Notes under the pieces: model-generated
Seen by the model: only the letters and a program-made list of their open reading frames with translations
What the model was told of the DNA's origin: nothing
Database searches by the model: none
Translations under genes and position numbers: made by a program
Shown: one piece after another, positions 1-12,900 of the stretch
How positions within the stretch are numbered: the stretch's first letter is position 1
How the letters are laid out: each line of letters begins with the position of its first letter
Assembly: GCA_044226015.1 (NCBI GenBank)
Contig: JBGAHS010000009.1
Location: 128,001 to 192,000 of the forward strand
Source of the DNA: Candidatus Obscuribacteraceae bacterium
GTDB lineage: Bacteria; Cyanobacteriota; Vampirovibrionia; Obscuribacterales; Obscuribacteraceae
Direction: 5' to 3'
DNA length: 64,000 nucleotides

Positions 1-1027
1 TGTGGATTATGGGAGGGCTTTGAGAATGCAGCGCCGAGAGAACCTCAAGAATTTGGAGTCCCCATTGAATGGCTTGTTCCTCCGATATTGGTCCATTTTG
101 TTTGATGTACTGGCGCAAATCCGTTCCATTAATATATTCCAGCTTCAGATAATGTCTGCCACCTTCAATGAAGTGGTCGAGTACTCTAGCTGCTGATGGG
201 TGCTTGAAACGAGCTAGCATTTCTGCCTCACGGATAAGATGCTTCTCTGCTTCGGCTCTGGCTAAGACATCGGAGCTCTCTGGAACAACGGCTTCTTTTA
301 CGACGACCAGGTCTCGTTGTTCTTCTTGCGCAAGATAAATAGCAGACAGTCCTCCAAAAGCCAGCTGTCGGACAATCTTAAGTTTGCCATTTTGCAGTTT
401 CTGCTCTGGTTCAAGGGGGACGAAGGTTGTTGATTGAAACCTTCTGTTTAGTTCCTCTTCCCACATTTGGGTGTAGCTGATGCCTTGTGCTTGATTTTGT
501 ATTTGATTTTGATAACTGACCAATTCGGGCGAACGTTGGCAATTTTTTCCCCAGAGTTCGATGCCCAGTAGCAGTTGCTCCACGTCATTTTTGTCAAAAC
601 AGTTCAAATTCAGGGCTAAAATGCTTGAGTCTTGGAAATACAGAAACAGCCGTTTATTGTCACCGTCATCACCGCCAGAGATGAGTTCGGCGCGGGTTAA
701 TTCTTGCCAGTCGCGAGCTCGCTTATATTTTAGCTTTGGTAGTAAAAACGGAGGAAAGGAGATTCCGTCTTTAGAAATGTAGATTCTGTTGTCTTCGGCG
801 ACTGCTGTTCCGGCTATGCCGAAAACAATGAGGGCAATCATTGAAGGAATCACCGTAACAAGGGTGCTGAGTGAAAATGTCGCTGGCGAGAAAAGTACCT
901 CGCCAATGACATAACCGATGGCTACAGGGGCGCCCACTTCCCAGATTGGTAAAGTAGCGAGCATCACTATGAAAGCTATTCTTGCTGGTTTAGACTTGTA
1001 GCGTAGCGTGAGATTTAATTCTGCCAA
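1..1027 (-). CDS. Membrane-anchored Ser/Thr protein kinase (partial, runs off window start)
   Basis: Not in the ORF track; translated by hand from TTG at 1027 after an AGAGG RBS. Two hydrophobic helices, then KIVRQLAFGGLSAIYLA (Gly-loop), VVVKE, REAEMLARFKHP, YLKLEYING, LHSQSPPIIH (just before the catalytic loop). Confidence 0.85.
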   Translation of the reverse strand, partial: MAELNLTLRYKSKPARIAFIVMLATLPIWEVGAPVAIGYVIGEVLFSPATFSLSTLVTVIPSMIALIVFGIAGTAVAEDNRIYISKDGISFPPFLLPKLKYKRARDWQELTRAELISGGDDGDNKRLFLYFQDSSILALNLNCFDKNDVEQLLLGIELWGKNCQRSPELVSYQNQIQNQAQGISYTQMWEEELNRRFQSTTFVPLEPEQKLQNGKLKIVRQLAFGGLSAIYLAQEEQRDLVVVKEAVVPESSDVLARAEAEKHLIREAEMLARFKHPSAARVLDHFIEGGRHYLKLEYINGTDLRQYIKQNGPISEEQAIQWGLQILEVLSALHSQSPPIIH

Positions 1028-1376
1028 GACATTTCCTCTAGGCGGGCGGATTCGTTCGAAAAGGTTGCTATCTTAGCTTTCCCGGAATGTCACCCTAATT
1101 CACGTATTGTTTGGGCAAGATTAAGCTTAAGCCTTTCACGCTGGTATCTATCGGAAAAATAGTGCGAGCGACGGATAGTGCGTTTTCTTTGCTGAATTCT
1201 AAGATGGAAAAGTGAAGTGCAGGTACAGAGCAAATTGGCTAAGCGCTCACTTTGAAGAATGAGTCGATTTCCAACTGCAATGTTTACCTCCTAGATTCTA
1301 AAATCGATACTAACTCAAGGTTTGGGTCACCATGATTTGTGTCAATGTCCTGGCGGATGGAAAGGCAAAGTGGATT

Positions 1377-2207
1377 ATGAAGGTACATTTTAGAAAAGAA
1401 TTGGATGGAGCCTGGCGCGGCTGGCTCAAAGAAAATCTAGACCGCAAATGCGACCCCTCAGAACTTATGCAAATTTTGCAGAAGAATGGATTTGATATGG
1501 AGTCCATTCGCGAAAACATGGGTCCATCGTTTCCCGAAGACGCCATGTTTGATCTACCGCGTCCTGATTATTGGTCTATTGCCAACGCTCGAATTACTCA
1601 TACTGAGATCAGTGGTGCAGTGCGCGTACCGTCGAACAAGATTCAACTTTACACATTGGAAAACTTTTTGAGTGATGCAGAGTGCGACCAGATTGTTGAA
1701 CTAACTGCTACCCGATTGCGTCGTTCTACAGTTACCACTGGTGACGCTCAATACCGAACTAGTAGCACCTGCGATCTGTCGCTTATTGATCATCCTGATA
1801 TTGCCGCGCTGGACGAGAAAATTTCCAGAGCACTGGGTATAAGCCGTGCTTATTCCGAGGGAATACAGGCACAGCGTTATGATGAGGGTCAGGAGTTTCG
1901 TCAGCACACTGATTATTTCCAGCCGAACTCAGCTGAGTATGCGGAGTTCGCTGGACGTGCAGGGCAACGCACATGGACCTTCATGGTCTATTTGAATGAA
2001 GGAATGGAGGGTGGTGGCACCCATTTCTACAAATTGAACAAAGTCTTTCAGCCAAAAAAAGGTATGGCTGTAATTTGGAATAATCTCACGGCTTATGGTG
2101 AACCAAACCCACATACCTTGCATGCTGGTTTGCCAATCGAGTCGGGCTCCAAAATCATTATCACCAAGTGGTTCAGAGACCGCGGACAGGGAGAAATGCT
2201 GCTGTAG
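1377..2207 (+). CDS. 2OG-Fe(II) oxygenase, prolyl 4-hydroxylase-like
   Basis: NFLSDAECD, RTSS, HTD...HAG metal triad, RTWTFMVYLN, GGGTHF, KIIITKWFR. ATG at 1377 preferred over 1332. Confidence 0.88.
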   Translation: MKVHFRKELDGAWRGWLKENLDRKCDPSELMQILQKNGFDMESIRENMGPSFPEDAMFDLPRPDYWSIANARITHTEISGAVRVPSNKIQLYTLENFLSDAECDQIVELTATRLRRSTVTTGDAQYRTSSTCDLSLIDHPDIAALDEKISRALGISRAYSEGIQAQRYDEGQEFRQHTDYFQPNSAEYAEFAGRAGQRTWTFMVYLNEGMEGGGTHFYKLNKVFQPKKGMAVIWNNLTAYGEPNPHTLHAGLPIESGSKIIITKWFRDRGQGEMLL

Positions 2208-2231
2208 GCTTCATTCGATTTGAACTCCCCA

Positions 2232-2254
2232 GGGCGCGCTGCCAATCTGGCGGC
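2232..2254 (+). repeat. REP-like GC-rich hairpin between convergent genes
   Basis: GGGCGC-GCTGCCA-ATC-TGGCGGC; similar copy at 36152-36174. Confidence 0.4.
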
Positions 2255-2404
2255 TTCTGACTGCGCTATTAAGTCATTAAATCTGAAGTCTGCTGGAAGC
2301 GTTTGCTCCCAGCAGCTTTCAGTTTACAGGTGAACCCATTTTAGCTTCGGAGTCTGAAGACCCTAGCGGATGAGTAACAATGTGAATACCTGAGCTGCAG
2401 CGGG

Positions 2405-3622
2405 TTATCTAATTGAGGGCGTTTTTGGAACTCCAGTTACTTTTCCCGGTAACGTTGGTTGTGGATTTTTCTGCTGCAGAAGCAGGTCAAAGCTTGGTGC
2501 GCTATGTCCGTCCCTAAATAAAACACCAGCCGAATTCCATTCGATGTTCCCGCAGCTTTTGCTGTGCGAGCAGCGAAGTGCTGTTATACCATGTGCAGCT
2601 AATGATTCTATCTCACCGCTATTGCTAACACCATCTGAGTTACGATCGTGCCATAGAGCCATTCCCGCAAGCTCATTTCCTTTGACTAAACCATCGTGAT
2701 CGTCGTCCAAGCTTTGCAAAACATCATAACCGTTTCGCCAAAAAATCCAGAAGCTTGACTGTCCTACCAGCTGCAAGCCTGAGTCTATTTTTCCAGAAGA
2801 ATCAGGATTGAATACAAGCCAGGCTGCATTGGGCGATAGCCACTGCGCATAGCGTTTCTTCCCAAATCCATCAAGGTCGAAGCTCACTTCTTTTTGAATT
2901 AGCATTTCGTGCAGTGTACAATTGCGTTTTAATGGTATCGCTATTGGTGTTACCATTCTCGGGACGCTTTCAAGCTCAGCAGTTTTGTCTTTGAGTTGCT
3001 TGAGTTCTTTTGAGTCTTTAGTTGGATCTAGCAATTTTTGCAGGTAGCCTGCTGTTTCTAAGCCAATCGACCAATTGTACATTCCGCCTTTTGAGTATTT
3101 CTCTTGATCGTAAGCTTCGGCAAAGGCTTGTCGATAAAACTTGAGTGCGTTCGTTTTATCTCCAGATTGTTCGTAGCACCAACCGAGTCCTAGTTTTGCG
3201 ACTAGCAACTTAGGGTCAGTCTTTAGTGCAGCTTGCATGTGTAAAATTGCTTGCTGCAAATGTTGTTTCGCTTGTGGAGAATTTGGTTTTGCTTTCGCTT
3301 TGTCTATGGCAAATTGAAGATGGTCAGGTCTATTTCCAAAATCTGGCAATTCATATTTGCTGCCTGGAGTCACGAGCGCGTTGCAGGGTCCTTCTTCGAC
3401 CCCCAGCGCGTAAGCCATTGAATGAAGCCTTCCGATTTGAAAATCAATCATGGCTCGATCCAGTGTTCCTACAACATCAGAACGATGAATTTCTAGATTC
3501 TTCAAAAGGCGGGAAATAGGGACATTGCGTATTTGCGGCAGTGCGAATTTTGCCAAGCTATCATTTGGAAAAAGGAGATTTATGCCAACCAGCAGACTCA
3601 ATGTTCCTGCAATAAGCTTCAT
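2405..3622 (-). CDS. Secreted TPR protein with C-terminal Ca2+-binding domain resembling the FrpC self-processing module
   Basis: Signal peptide; TPR (AKLGLGWCYEQSGDKTNALKFYRQA); then TPIAIPL..FDLDGFG..WLS..WLVFN..GKIDSGLQLVG..NGYDVLQSLDDDHDG..WHDRNSDGVSNSGEIESLAAHGI. Confidence 0.7.
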   Translation of the reverse strand: MKLIAGTLSLLVGINLLFPNDSLAKFALPQIRNVPISRLLKNLEIHRSDVVGTLDRAMIDFQIGRLHSMAYALGVEEGPCNALVTPGSKYELPDFGNRPDHLQFAIDKAKAKPNSPQAKQHLQQAILHMQAALKTDPKLLVAKLGLGWCYEQSGDKTNALKFYRQAFAEAYDQEKYSKGGMYNWSIGLETAGYLQKLLDPTKDSKELKQLKDKTAELESVPRMVTPIAIPLKRNCTLHEMLIQKEVSFDLDGFGKKRYAQWLSPNAAWLVFNPDSSGKIDSGLQLVGQSSFWIFWRNGYDVLQSLDDDHDGLVKGNELAGMALWHDRNSDGVSNSGEIESLAAHGITALRCSHSKSCGNIEWNSAGVLFRDGHSAPSFDLLLQQKNPQPTLPGKVTGVPKTPSIR

Positions 3623-3957
3623 CTATTTGATTGTCCCGCCGCAGTCTACCGATAGTAAGTAAAATCGGACTTTTGCTCGCTTGCCAAGCTGAAAGGAAGC
3701 GCGCTTGCCCTCAACATGATTACAATAACAGACAGTTTTGAAATTACGTCGCTCAGGGGGCGATTGTTTTGCCTAAAGCTTTTTATCAGTGAGGCTTTAG
3801 CGTATTTGCTTTGGCGATGAATTTTATTTAAGCCTTCTGTTGTATACCGCCACACAATTGAGAGGCGCTCTCCGTCTATGTAGTGCATATAATACCAGTA
3901 TTGGTTTCCCTGCTCGGGCAGCCGAGTATTGAATTGCTGCCCCTCAGGAGAGATGCA

Positions 3958-6900
3958 ATGAATCGCAAGAGTTCTAAAAGACGTTGTGCGCTGGTTTCTT
4001 CGGCATTGGCATTAACGCCGATTATTTCGCCCTGGTCGGCCTTTGCACAGACGGTGCCTGTAGGCGGTAGACCTGGAATGAGACCAGCCATGGTTGCGAC
4101 GGGAAGTTCAAGTTTGCATCCAGCGCTCGACCTGGGTTCAACGAACGCATCTCTAAGCTCGCCTAACAATTCTGCTGTCAGTATTAATATTGGTGGCTCT
4201 TTGAGCAATGGTACCGTTATTGGTGGCACTCAATTAAGCATCTCGCCAGGTCAATCGGTGACACCTGCTCAATATGCAGCAGTCTACCAGCTCATCCACG
4301 GTGGTAATCAGGCTCTTGTCGTTAACTCCATGGGAGCCGCTCAATCTGGTAGTCTTAATCTCAGTTCGAAATATCTCGATAGCCTTGCCAATCTGGTCAT
4401 CCCTGGTGGGGTTTCTGTTACAGCATCTGGTTATAACTCGAAGACGCCTCTCAATGTATCTGGTGCCCTGGACATAAGTGGTTCGATGCATGCTATCCAG
4501 GGCGCTGCGAACATCACATCAGTCCTCAATCTCGGGAGTTTGACGATTAATCAGGGTGGATTACTCTCGGGTTATCTGCCCAGTGGAAGCACTCAGGGGT
4601 ATGCTTCTGGTGGTATGAACTTGAACGTTTCGGGCAGTGTGCTGAACCGAGGCACAATAACAAGCCCTGGTGCCCTGAACATTCTGGCTGGCGGGAATGT
4701 CATCAATCAAAGCGTTAATAGTGTGCAGTCCGTGATGTCTGCGCAGAATCTCAACATTGTGAGCAACAATGGAAGCATCATTAACTCAGGGTTGATTCAG
4801 GCAGTTAATACCTTTAATCTTGCGGCTTCAAGTAACACTCTGCCGCAATCTTCTGGTCTGTCTGCTTCGTTGAGGGCTGCTGCTGATATCAACAACTCTG
4901 GTACTATTAGTAGTGGCGGCAGCTTAAGCTTGCACGCTGGCGGCGCTGTCATCAATGCCTTGATGCACGATGATACTGTTGCGGTTTCCAGTCTTCTGGC
5001 TGCAGACAATATCGGTATCGTGAGTGGCTCTGGCAATGTGACAAATGCCGGACTCATTTCTTCCGCAAACGGTGATGTAAACATAAGTTCTGCATCGAAA
5101 ACGCAGGACATCAATTTGAATGGTTTTGCTGGTTCTATTCAGGCTTATAACGGCAGCATAAATCTACGCGATGCTTCCTATGCTGGTTCAGCTAACATAA
5201 ACGTGGTTGGTGGTGATTATCTTTCCCGCGACGTTAATCTCTATTCGGGATCCGGAACAGTAACGGTAAATGTCGGACAGCTTACTGGCAATCTAAATAC
5301 CATTGCTGGTACAGAGCATGTTTTCGCTGATACTGATTTGTTGAAGTTGGGCAATCACTGTGTCTCAGGTGACCCGACTTACTACAATACCGGTTCAATT
5401 CAAATCGTTGATACAGTCTCGGCCGCAGAAGACCTTGCCATCATAGCTGGAGCTAACATAACAGCTGATGCTAACGGGCAAATTGTCACCAACGGCAATA
5501 ATCTAATTTTGATTTCTGGAGCAAATATATTGAGTGCATGCTCCGGTTGCACCACTCCGGGGCCGGGCAAGCTTGGTCCTAGCGCTGGTTCGAGTACACC
5601 AAGCTCTGGGCTTGGAATTGGCGCTGTCGATGTAAGCTTGAGTGGTGGCAATGGTGGCAACATTGACCTGAGCAGCAGTACTGCCGCTACCGTCATCGAT
5701 ACATCATCGTCTAGTGGCGCTGGTGGTAATGTAACCATGGTGGCACTTGCTGATGGCTCGGGCGCACAAGGTAAGGTTCTCCTCAACAGTGGAAGCAACC
5801 TCGGTACCATCAACACTTCTGGCGCTCTCGAAGGTGGTGGTGGCAATGTCACAATATTTGCGGGTGCTGACCCGGCGGTCGCGTCCAATTCGATTACAAC
5901 AAACAAAATCGTCACCATTAGTACTGGCGCTTTGTCCTCTGGGAATGTAACACTGGCAACAACTCAGGCTGTTACATCTGATGGGCAGAAATTGGTTTTC
6001 GATGCAAGTGGTCATATCGCCAGCGGTAATTCAATTCAAGCAGGTTCTACTCTGGCCAAGTCAGGCATCACGACGGGAGATATTGATACTCACGTCAATG
6101 GTGGCGCAGCTGCAGCGGGTAACGTCAACATCAAAGCATATGGTGACATTTTTACGAGCGCTGGCACGATTGCGACCATAAATGATGGGGTCGGACCGAG
6201 TGGTGAGGTCAATATTTCATCGAGCAAAGGCGCAATAAGCACCGGCGAAATTGACACATTCGTCTATGGAGGTTGGCTGCCAGCAGCGAATGTGACCATC
6301 TCCGCTTATGGCGATATTAGTACTAACGGAAAGTTTATATACGCATTCCAGGGCGGCTCTGGTGTGGGTGGAACAATCCGACTAACATCAATCAATGGTT
6401 CTGTGTCGACAGGCATGCTTTTGACTGGTGTTGGTGACAGTACTGCTGCAGGAAATGTAATTATTTCTGCCCTTGGGAATATCAACACCGACAAAATTTA
6501 TGCTTTCAATGCTGGCACCGGTGGCGGTGGCAGCGTCAGTCTGAGTTCCAGTAATGGTGCTGTTACAACAGGGGAGATTTTTACAAATGTGAATTTGGGC
6601 GTTTATGCCGCTGGGGCTGTGACAATTTCTGCTCAAGATACTATAACTGTTTCCGGTACTATCAACGCTTCTAATGGTGGCACTGGTTCTGGTGGAACCG
6701 TGAGCTTGCTCAGTTCTGGTGCGATTATCGTTGGAGACATAAATACTTCAAGTACGGGGCTTCGCGGCGGTTCCGTTAGATTGGCTTCTGCAGGCAATGA
6801 CTCCCTCTTTTCGATTTCGGCAGGAAAGATAAATACCTCTGCTACGACCGCTGCAGGGTCTGTGGAGATAGTTTCTATTGACCCCGCCTTCAATCTTACG

Positions 6901-9900
6901 CTTGTGGGCGATATTACGACACAAGCCACGGGTTCTGATGGTGTGGGTGGTTCTGTAGGAATAGCTAGCTTGGGATTGGTCCAACTAGGTAATGTTGATA
7001 CAAATAACACGTCGAAGATTGCGAATCCAGGCGCTCAGGGTGGTTCTGTATTCATATCTTCCGGCGTTAGTTCGATTGACGCTAAACACATCAGTGTATA
7101 CAACCCAAGCAATGGCTCGGCGAGTGGTCAAGCTATATTGATTTCTCCTGGTTTAATTAACACATTCAGTATCACGACTGAACCTGGTGAGCTTGGGTTC
7201 TATCCGTTATATTCACCCAGCACTACTTCAATAAATTCATCTATGACCATAGACACCTCAGTTTCTGGAATAGCTGGAGTGTCGTCGAACTATAATCCGC
7301 AGGGGTACACATCGATAAGCGGTGTCGGCACCCAATTGACGATTAACAGTGGCGGTAATTCTTCCTTACTTGTGCCGCTTCTAGCCCTGGGCGCTGTTTC
7401 AATTGACTCAATCAAGTCAAACTCCGGAACAAATGCTGATGGAATAAGCCTGGTTGCTTTGGGTGATATCACTCTTAATGGCAGCAACAGTCTCAGTTCA
7501 GCGGGTAGTGTTAGCGGTGGCAACGCGAGCCTGCTCTCCGTAACGGGGCAGATAACAGCGAATGCACTAGTCACCAGTAGCAGTGGCGTAGCATCGTCTG
7601 GTGCTTTGAGCTTGCTGGCTAAAGGTGCTATTAGTGTTGGGAATCTCAACACTTCGAACTCGAGCACTGGTGCCGGCGGGGCTGTATCTCTTGTGTCTGG
7701 CTACGGCGCCGTCAGTTCGGGCAAAATAGACTCGTTCTCCACTGCTGGTTCTAATCTGGCTGGTGATGTAAGCATAGCGGCCTACGGCAGCATCACTACT
7801 GGTGGTGGCTCTATAGCGACCTACAACACCGGGAAGGGCGCAGGCGGTGCTGTGATGCTCACATCCGCTACCGATTCTGTCAGCACTGGCGGCATCAGTA
7901 CATATGCAAGCGGAGCCGCATCTGCTGGCAGTATTAACATAGCCGCCTACGGCGATGTCGATACTCAGGCTAAATCCTTATCGGCTTTCAATAACGGTAC
8001 CGGACGGGGTGGCGCCGTGTTGCTGGCATCGAGCACTGGCTCTGTGAGTTCGGGCAGTATCGAGACTTATGTCGATGGTGGGGCTCAAGCAGCCGGCGAC
8101 GTAACTATTTCGGCTTACCTCAATATAGATACGAACAAGCTATCTATTGATGCCCACAACAATGGAACTGGCACAGGCAGTGCCGTGAATATTCTTTCCA
8201 GTACTGGAAAGGTTACAACAGGTTCAATTAATGTGAGTGTAAGCCAGAGTTCTCTTGCTGGTGGCAACGTAAATATAGAAGCCTTTGATGTTATCGATAC
8301 AAGCGCTGGCACTATTACTGCAAACAATGGTGGGGCGCGCCCGCTTGATGCCGGGGTTACTCTGACATCTAGCAGTAGTTCTGTCACCGTCGGAAGCATA
8401 GACATCAGCGTCACAGGCGGTGCAGCCATTGCCGGTGATGTAATCATTTCCGCTGAAGGTTCTATCAAAGCAAACAGCAAGATTGATGCTTCTAATCTCG
8501 GAACCGGTGATGCGGGTAAAATCAATATCGAGTCAATCAATGGACTCGTTTCACTTGACCAAATTGACAGCTCTGTGAACAGCGCGTCTGCCTCAGGCGG
8601 TGTAGTTAGCGTGTCAGCTCACGGCTCAATCACAGCTGCTGGAACCATCAACACTTCAAATGCTGGCAGTGGGCTAGCTGGCGGTGGTTCCGCTGGAGAG
8701 CTGATACTTATTTCTGGTACGGATGATGTTACAACAGCTGGCATCAACAGTTCTGTTGGCGGAAACTCAGCTCTCTCTGGAAGTGTAACCATTCTTGCTG
8801 ATAAATCTATCACTGTGGGTGGTGCAATCAATTCATCAAATTCTGGTTCTGGTGCAGGCGGCACTGTTGCCCTAACGGCTGGGAAAGGCTCTGTCCAGCT
8901 GAACGATGTCGTAGTTTCTAGTGCAGGATTTATGGCCGGTAACATCCTTGTGACGGCTCCAGGCGCAGTTTCGAGCGGAAAGCTGGACACTAGCAATACG
9001 GGCACTGGCTTAGCCGGTTCAGTTGCAATTGTAAGTGCCGACAAAATTAGTACCGGCAAAATCACTAGTACGGGAACGCCGTCTGGTTCTGTGTTTTTGA
9101 GCAGCGCCTTCTCTGGTAGTGGCGCAATAGTCACTGGGGCTATATCGGCAGAAACACTTCTGGCAACAGCCGCAACAAGTGGTAGCGTGACTGTGCAGCC
9201 ATTCTCTTCGGGTCAGTCATTATCCGTTGACGGCGGAGACATTCATGCAAGCGGTAAGTATTCCGATCCTATAGTAATATTTCCTCTCAATTTTGACATT
9301 CAAATTAAAGCTACGCTAACTCCGGCTTCGATTCCTGGAGGCGGATTCGCATCTTTTAGCAACACCGGTACACTGACACTGGCAAATGATTCAGGCAGCA
9401 GTGGTAGTGTCATCAGTTTCGCTAACCTACTGCCAGTGTTCGTCCAAGGTAGCGTTAGCTCCTTCGGTAAGATAAATGACAGCATCGGAAACGCCAATTT
9501 CTTTGTGGTGTCACCAACCGTATCAGTAACTAGTGCCACCTCGTACTCAAGTTCCAGAGGAAGTTTGAGTATTCTCGCTAACCAGATGAATCTGGCTGAT
9601 GTCCACACAAGCGGTGTCAATCTCCAGCTTACTGCTGTTCAAGATATGAACACTGGCTCAGTCAACACAATTAACTCTCTTGGTACCTTGTCCGGAAATG
9701 TGTCGCTGCTGTCAGTAACAGGTTCTGTAAATACGAACGCTATTCAAATGTTCGTAAGCAGCGGAGCTGCTTCAGCCGGTAATTTGGTCGTTTCGGCTTA
9801 TGGTAACTTCAATACGAACAAGCAAATTATCAATGTCTCAAACGCAGGAACAGGAGCGGGTGGTGCCGTCAACATTGTCACAACCGGCACAGGTTCAGTC

Positions 9901-12900
9901 GAAACCGGGTTGATTAACACGAGTGTGACTAACTCCGCTTCCAGGGCTCCGGCTGGAAATTTGACAGTTCTTGCTGCTGCTGCAATTGATACGAATCTAC
10001 AAAAAATTGACACATCCAACAGTGGTAGCGGTGCCGGTGGCACTGTTAACCTGACTTCAAATACTTTCTCCGTAAATACAGGTGAGATCAACACTCACGT
10101 CGACAGTGGTTCTTTATCCGCTGGAAACGTAATTCTCACTGCATACGAGTTCATCAACACAGGCGACATTAACGCCTATCATGGCGCGGCAGGCTCTGGT
10201 GGTTCTGTCACTCTCATGAGAGCTGCAGCCATGACTACAGGCAATGTCAACACTTCAAGCGTTGGCTATGTCGGCGGTGCTATCACAGCTGGTTCGGCCG
10301 GCGACAATGGCATTTACTCTCTAGCCATGGGAAATCTGAATACCTCCGGCTCTCTAGCTGGCGGAGCTGTACTCGTCGTCTCTGACGATTTCGGCGAGAA
10401 ACCGCTGCTGGTAGGTACCATCACGACTAGCGCATCTTCCGCTTCCGGTATAGGTGGAGCCGTCGGTATTGCAGCCTTAGGCGCGTTGGCTGTGGGGAAC
10501 ATAAACACGACTAACACCGCGCTCTCGGCTTCTGGTGCCGCACAATCTGGTTCCGTATTCCTTTCATCAGGGCTCGCTAACACTAACTCAATTTCTGCAG
10601 GCAGCATTAATGCCTACAACGCAAATGGCTCTTCCTCTGGTCAGGTTATTCTGGTTGCCTCTGGAACCATAACCACCTTTGGTTCTATAACAACCTCTGC
10701 AGGCGTGATTCTGCCGCAGGTTTTTACATCTAATGCGCTGAGCGGAACTCAGGCATCAGTTACTCCTAACTACTCTAGCGACAAGATATCGATAAGTTCG
10801 AGTACAACTGTAGATGTTTCCGTAACCGGAATTTCTAATGCAAGTTCGAACTTCAACCCGCAAGGCTACGCTGCTCTGAGCGGTGCTGATACAGAGTTGA
10901 CAGTCAATACTGGCGGGAATTCATCATTGCTTGCTCCGTTGATCTTTACTGCCTATGTTCCAATGTCAATCAAATCTATAAAGGCGGCAAATAGCTCTGC
11001 AGCTGATGCTATCTCCTTGCTTGTGTTTGGTAACCTGACGCTTAGTGATGGCATTCAAGCGGCGGGCACTGTTAGTGGTGGCAACGTAAGTGTGGTCTCA
11101 TCTGCCGGGCAAATTTCTGCTAACAAGATTGATACCCATAGCGATGGCTCTGGTGCTGCAGGCAGTGTCAACATTGCTGCACTTCTGGGAGTTCCCGTCA
11201 GTGGAGCCATAAGTTCTTACAATAAGGGAACCGGTGCTGGTGGAGCGGTATCTCTAATTTCTACCAACAATTCTGTTTCCACTGGCAACATTGAGACTTA
11301 TGCACTTAATTCGTCGGCAGGGGCCGGAAATATTGTGCTGTCATCATACGGGGCGCTAAGTACAGGAGACCTAAACACTTCAAATGGTGGTACTGGCTCT
11401 GGCGGAAGTGTTTTCCTCACTTCGAGCAACAGCTCTGTCAGTACTGGTGCCATCGACACTCGTGTATCGGGAGCATCTGCTTCCGCAGGTTATCTGCTCA
11501 TATCTGCCCACGGAGACATAGACACAGGAAAGGTCCAAACCTATAATTCTGTCGGCACCGGTGTCGGTGGTTCTGTTGGCTTATTCTCCACAGCACAAAA
11601 CAGCTTTGTTACGACAGGAGATATCGCGACCTTTCTCAGTCTCGGTTCTGCTGCGGTCGGTAATGTGACTGTGTCCTCTCTTGGTGCAATCGTCGTTGCA
11701 GGCAACATCAGCGGTGGCATTGTCAATTTGAATGCCGGGGAAAAAATTTCTGTAAATGCTGGGGCGACTGTCACAAATACGACAGGCGATCTGTTGATTG
11801 AAACCACCGAGTTGGATAACGATGGCGCTATCGACTCTAGCGGAAAAATCTGGGTGTTCACACAGCCAGGCGCTGATCTCACCATCAGTGGTACTGGCAC
11901 TATGAGCGCGTCTGCAACAGCCTTCGGTCTCAGCCCTGTTGGCGGTGGAACAGTCACAAATAGGAATTTGTTTGTAACTGGCAATCAGTCAATCACTGGT
12001 GAGCTTGGAATTTTTAGTTCAGCAAGTGGAACTTCAGGCGTAATCAGTTTGAGTACAGGTAGTAGTTTGAGTTCAAGCACCGGTATTAATATCGATACTC
12101 CGACCCTTCTCAACTCTGGTACCTTGACGGCGAGCGGCACTATCACAGTTCCTGGTGTCACGCCGAATCCCGGACCGGTAGGTATTTTTGCGCAAAATCA
12201 ACGAGCTTCGGCTGGTATCACTATAGATGGCACAGGTGGTGTATGGAATGCACTCGCTGGAGGCACCTACATTCAAGCGCTTTACCCGAATGGCATAGTT
12301 CTGACAGGCGACCAGACTTTTAATGGACCGCTTACTCTAAACGATCTCAGCAACGATGGTTTTGTTGTTGGAGCTGGCTCGACAATAAGTCTCAGCAGCC
12401 CCACTACAATAAATGCTCCGAGGGCTGTTATTAACGGTACTGTCAATTTTAATGCCGGCGGTACGATTAACAGTGTTGGCGACATAACTGGGTCGGGCTT
12501 GATTACTGCTGCGGCTGGTATTCTAACTCTCCATACTTCCGGCGGAAACATCGGAAGCAGTGTGACACCACTTGCGGTGAGTAGCGGTGCTAGCGGCGTG
12601 AAGAATCTTTATCTGGATGTCATCGCCACAGCAGGCACACCCAATAATGGAAATGTATGGTTAATTGATAATGACAGCGACCCCGCACCGGTTGGAAACC
12701 CTGCTGTATTCCTGAATGCTGTTAGCGGAAGCAATGAAGGGCTTTCTTCTAGCGGAAACTTCTCCTTCACTGCAACTGCTGGTTCGATTGGAATACACCC
12801 GACCCAGGTAATTGCAAGCAGCTCAGTTACGCTCGTGGCGCAGCGAAGTATCATTCAGAAGCACGGTGAGTCTATTACGGCTCCTGTCATTAACATGACT

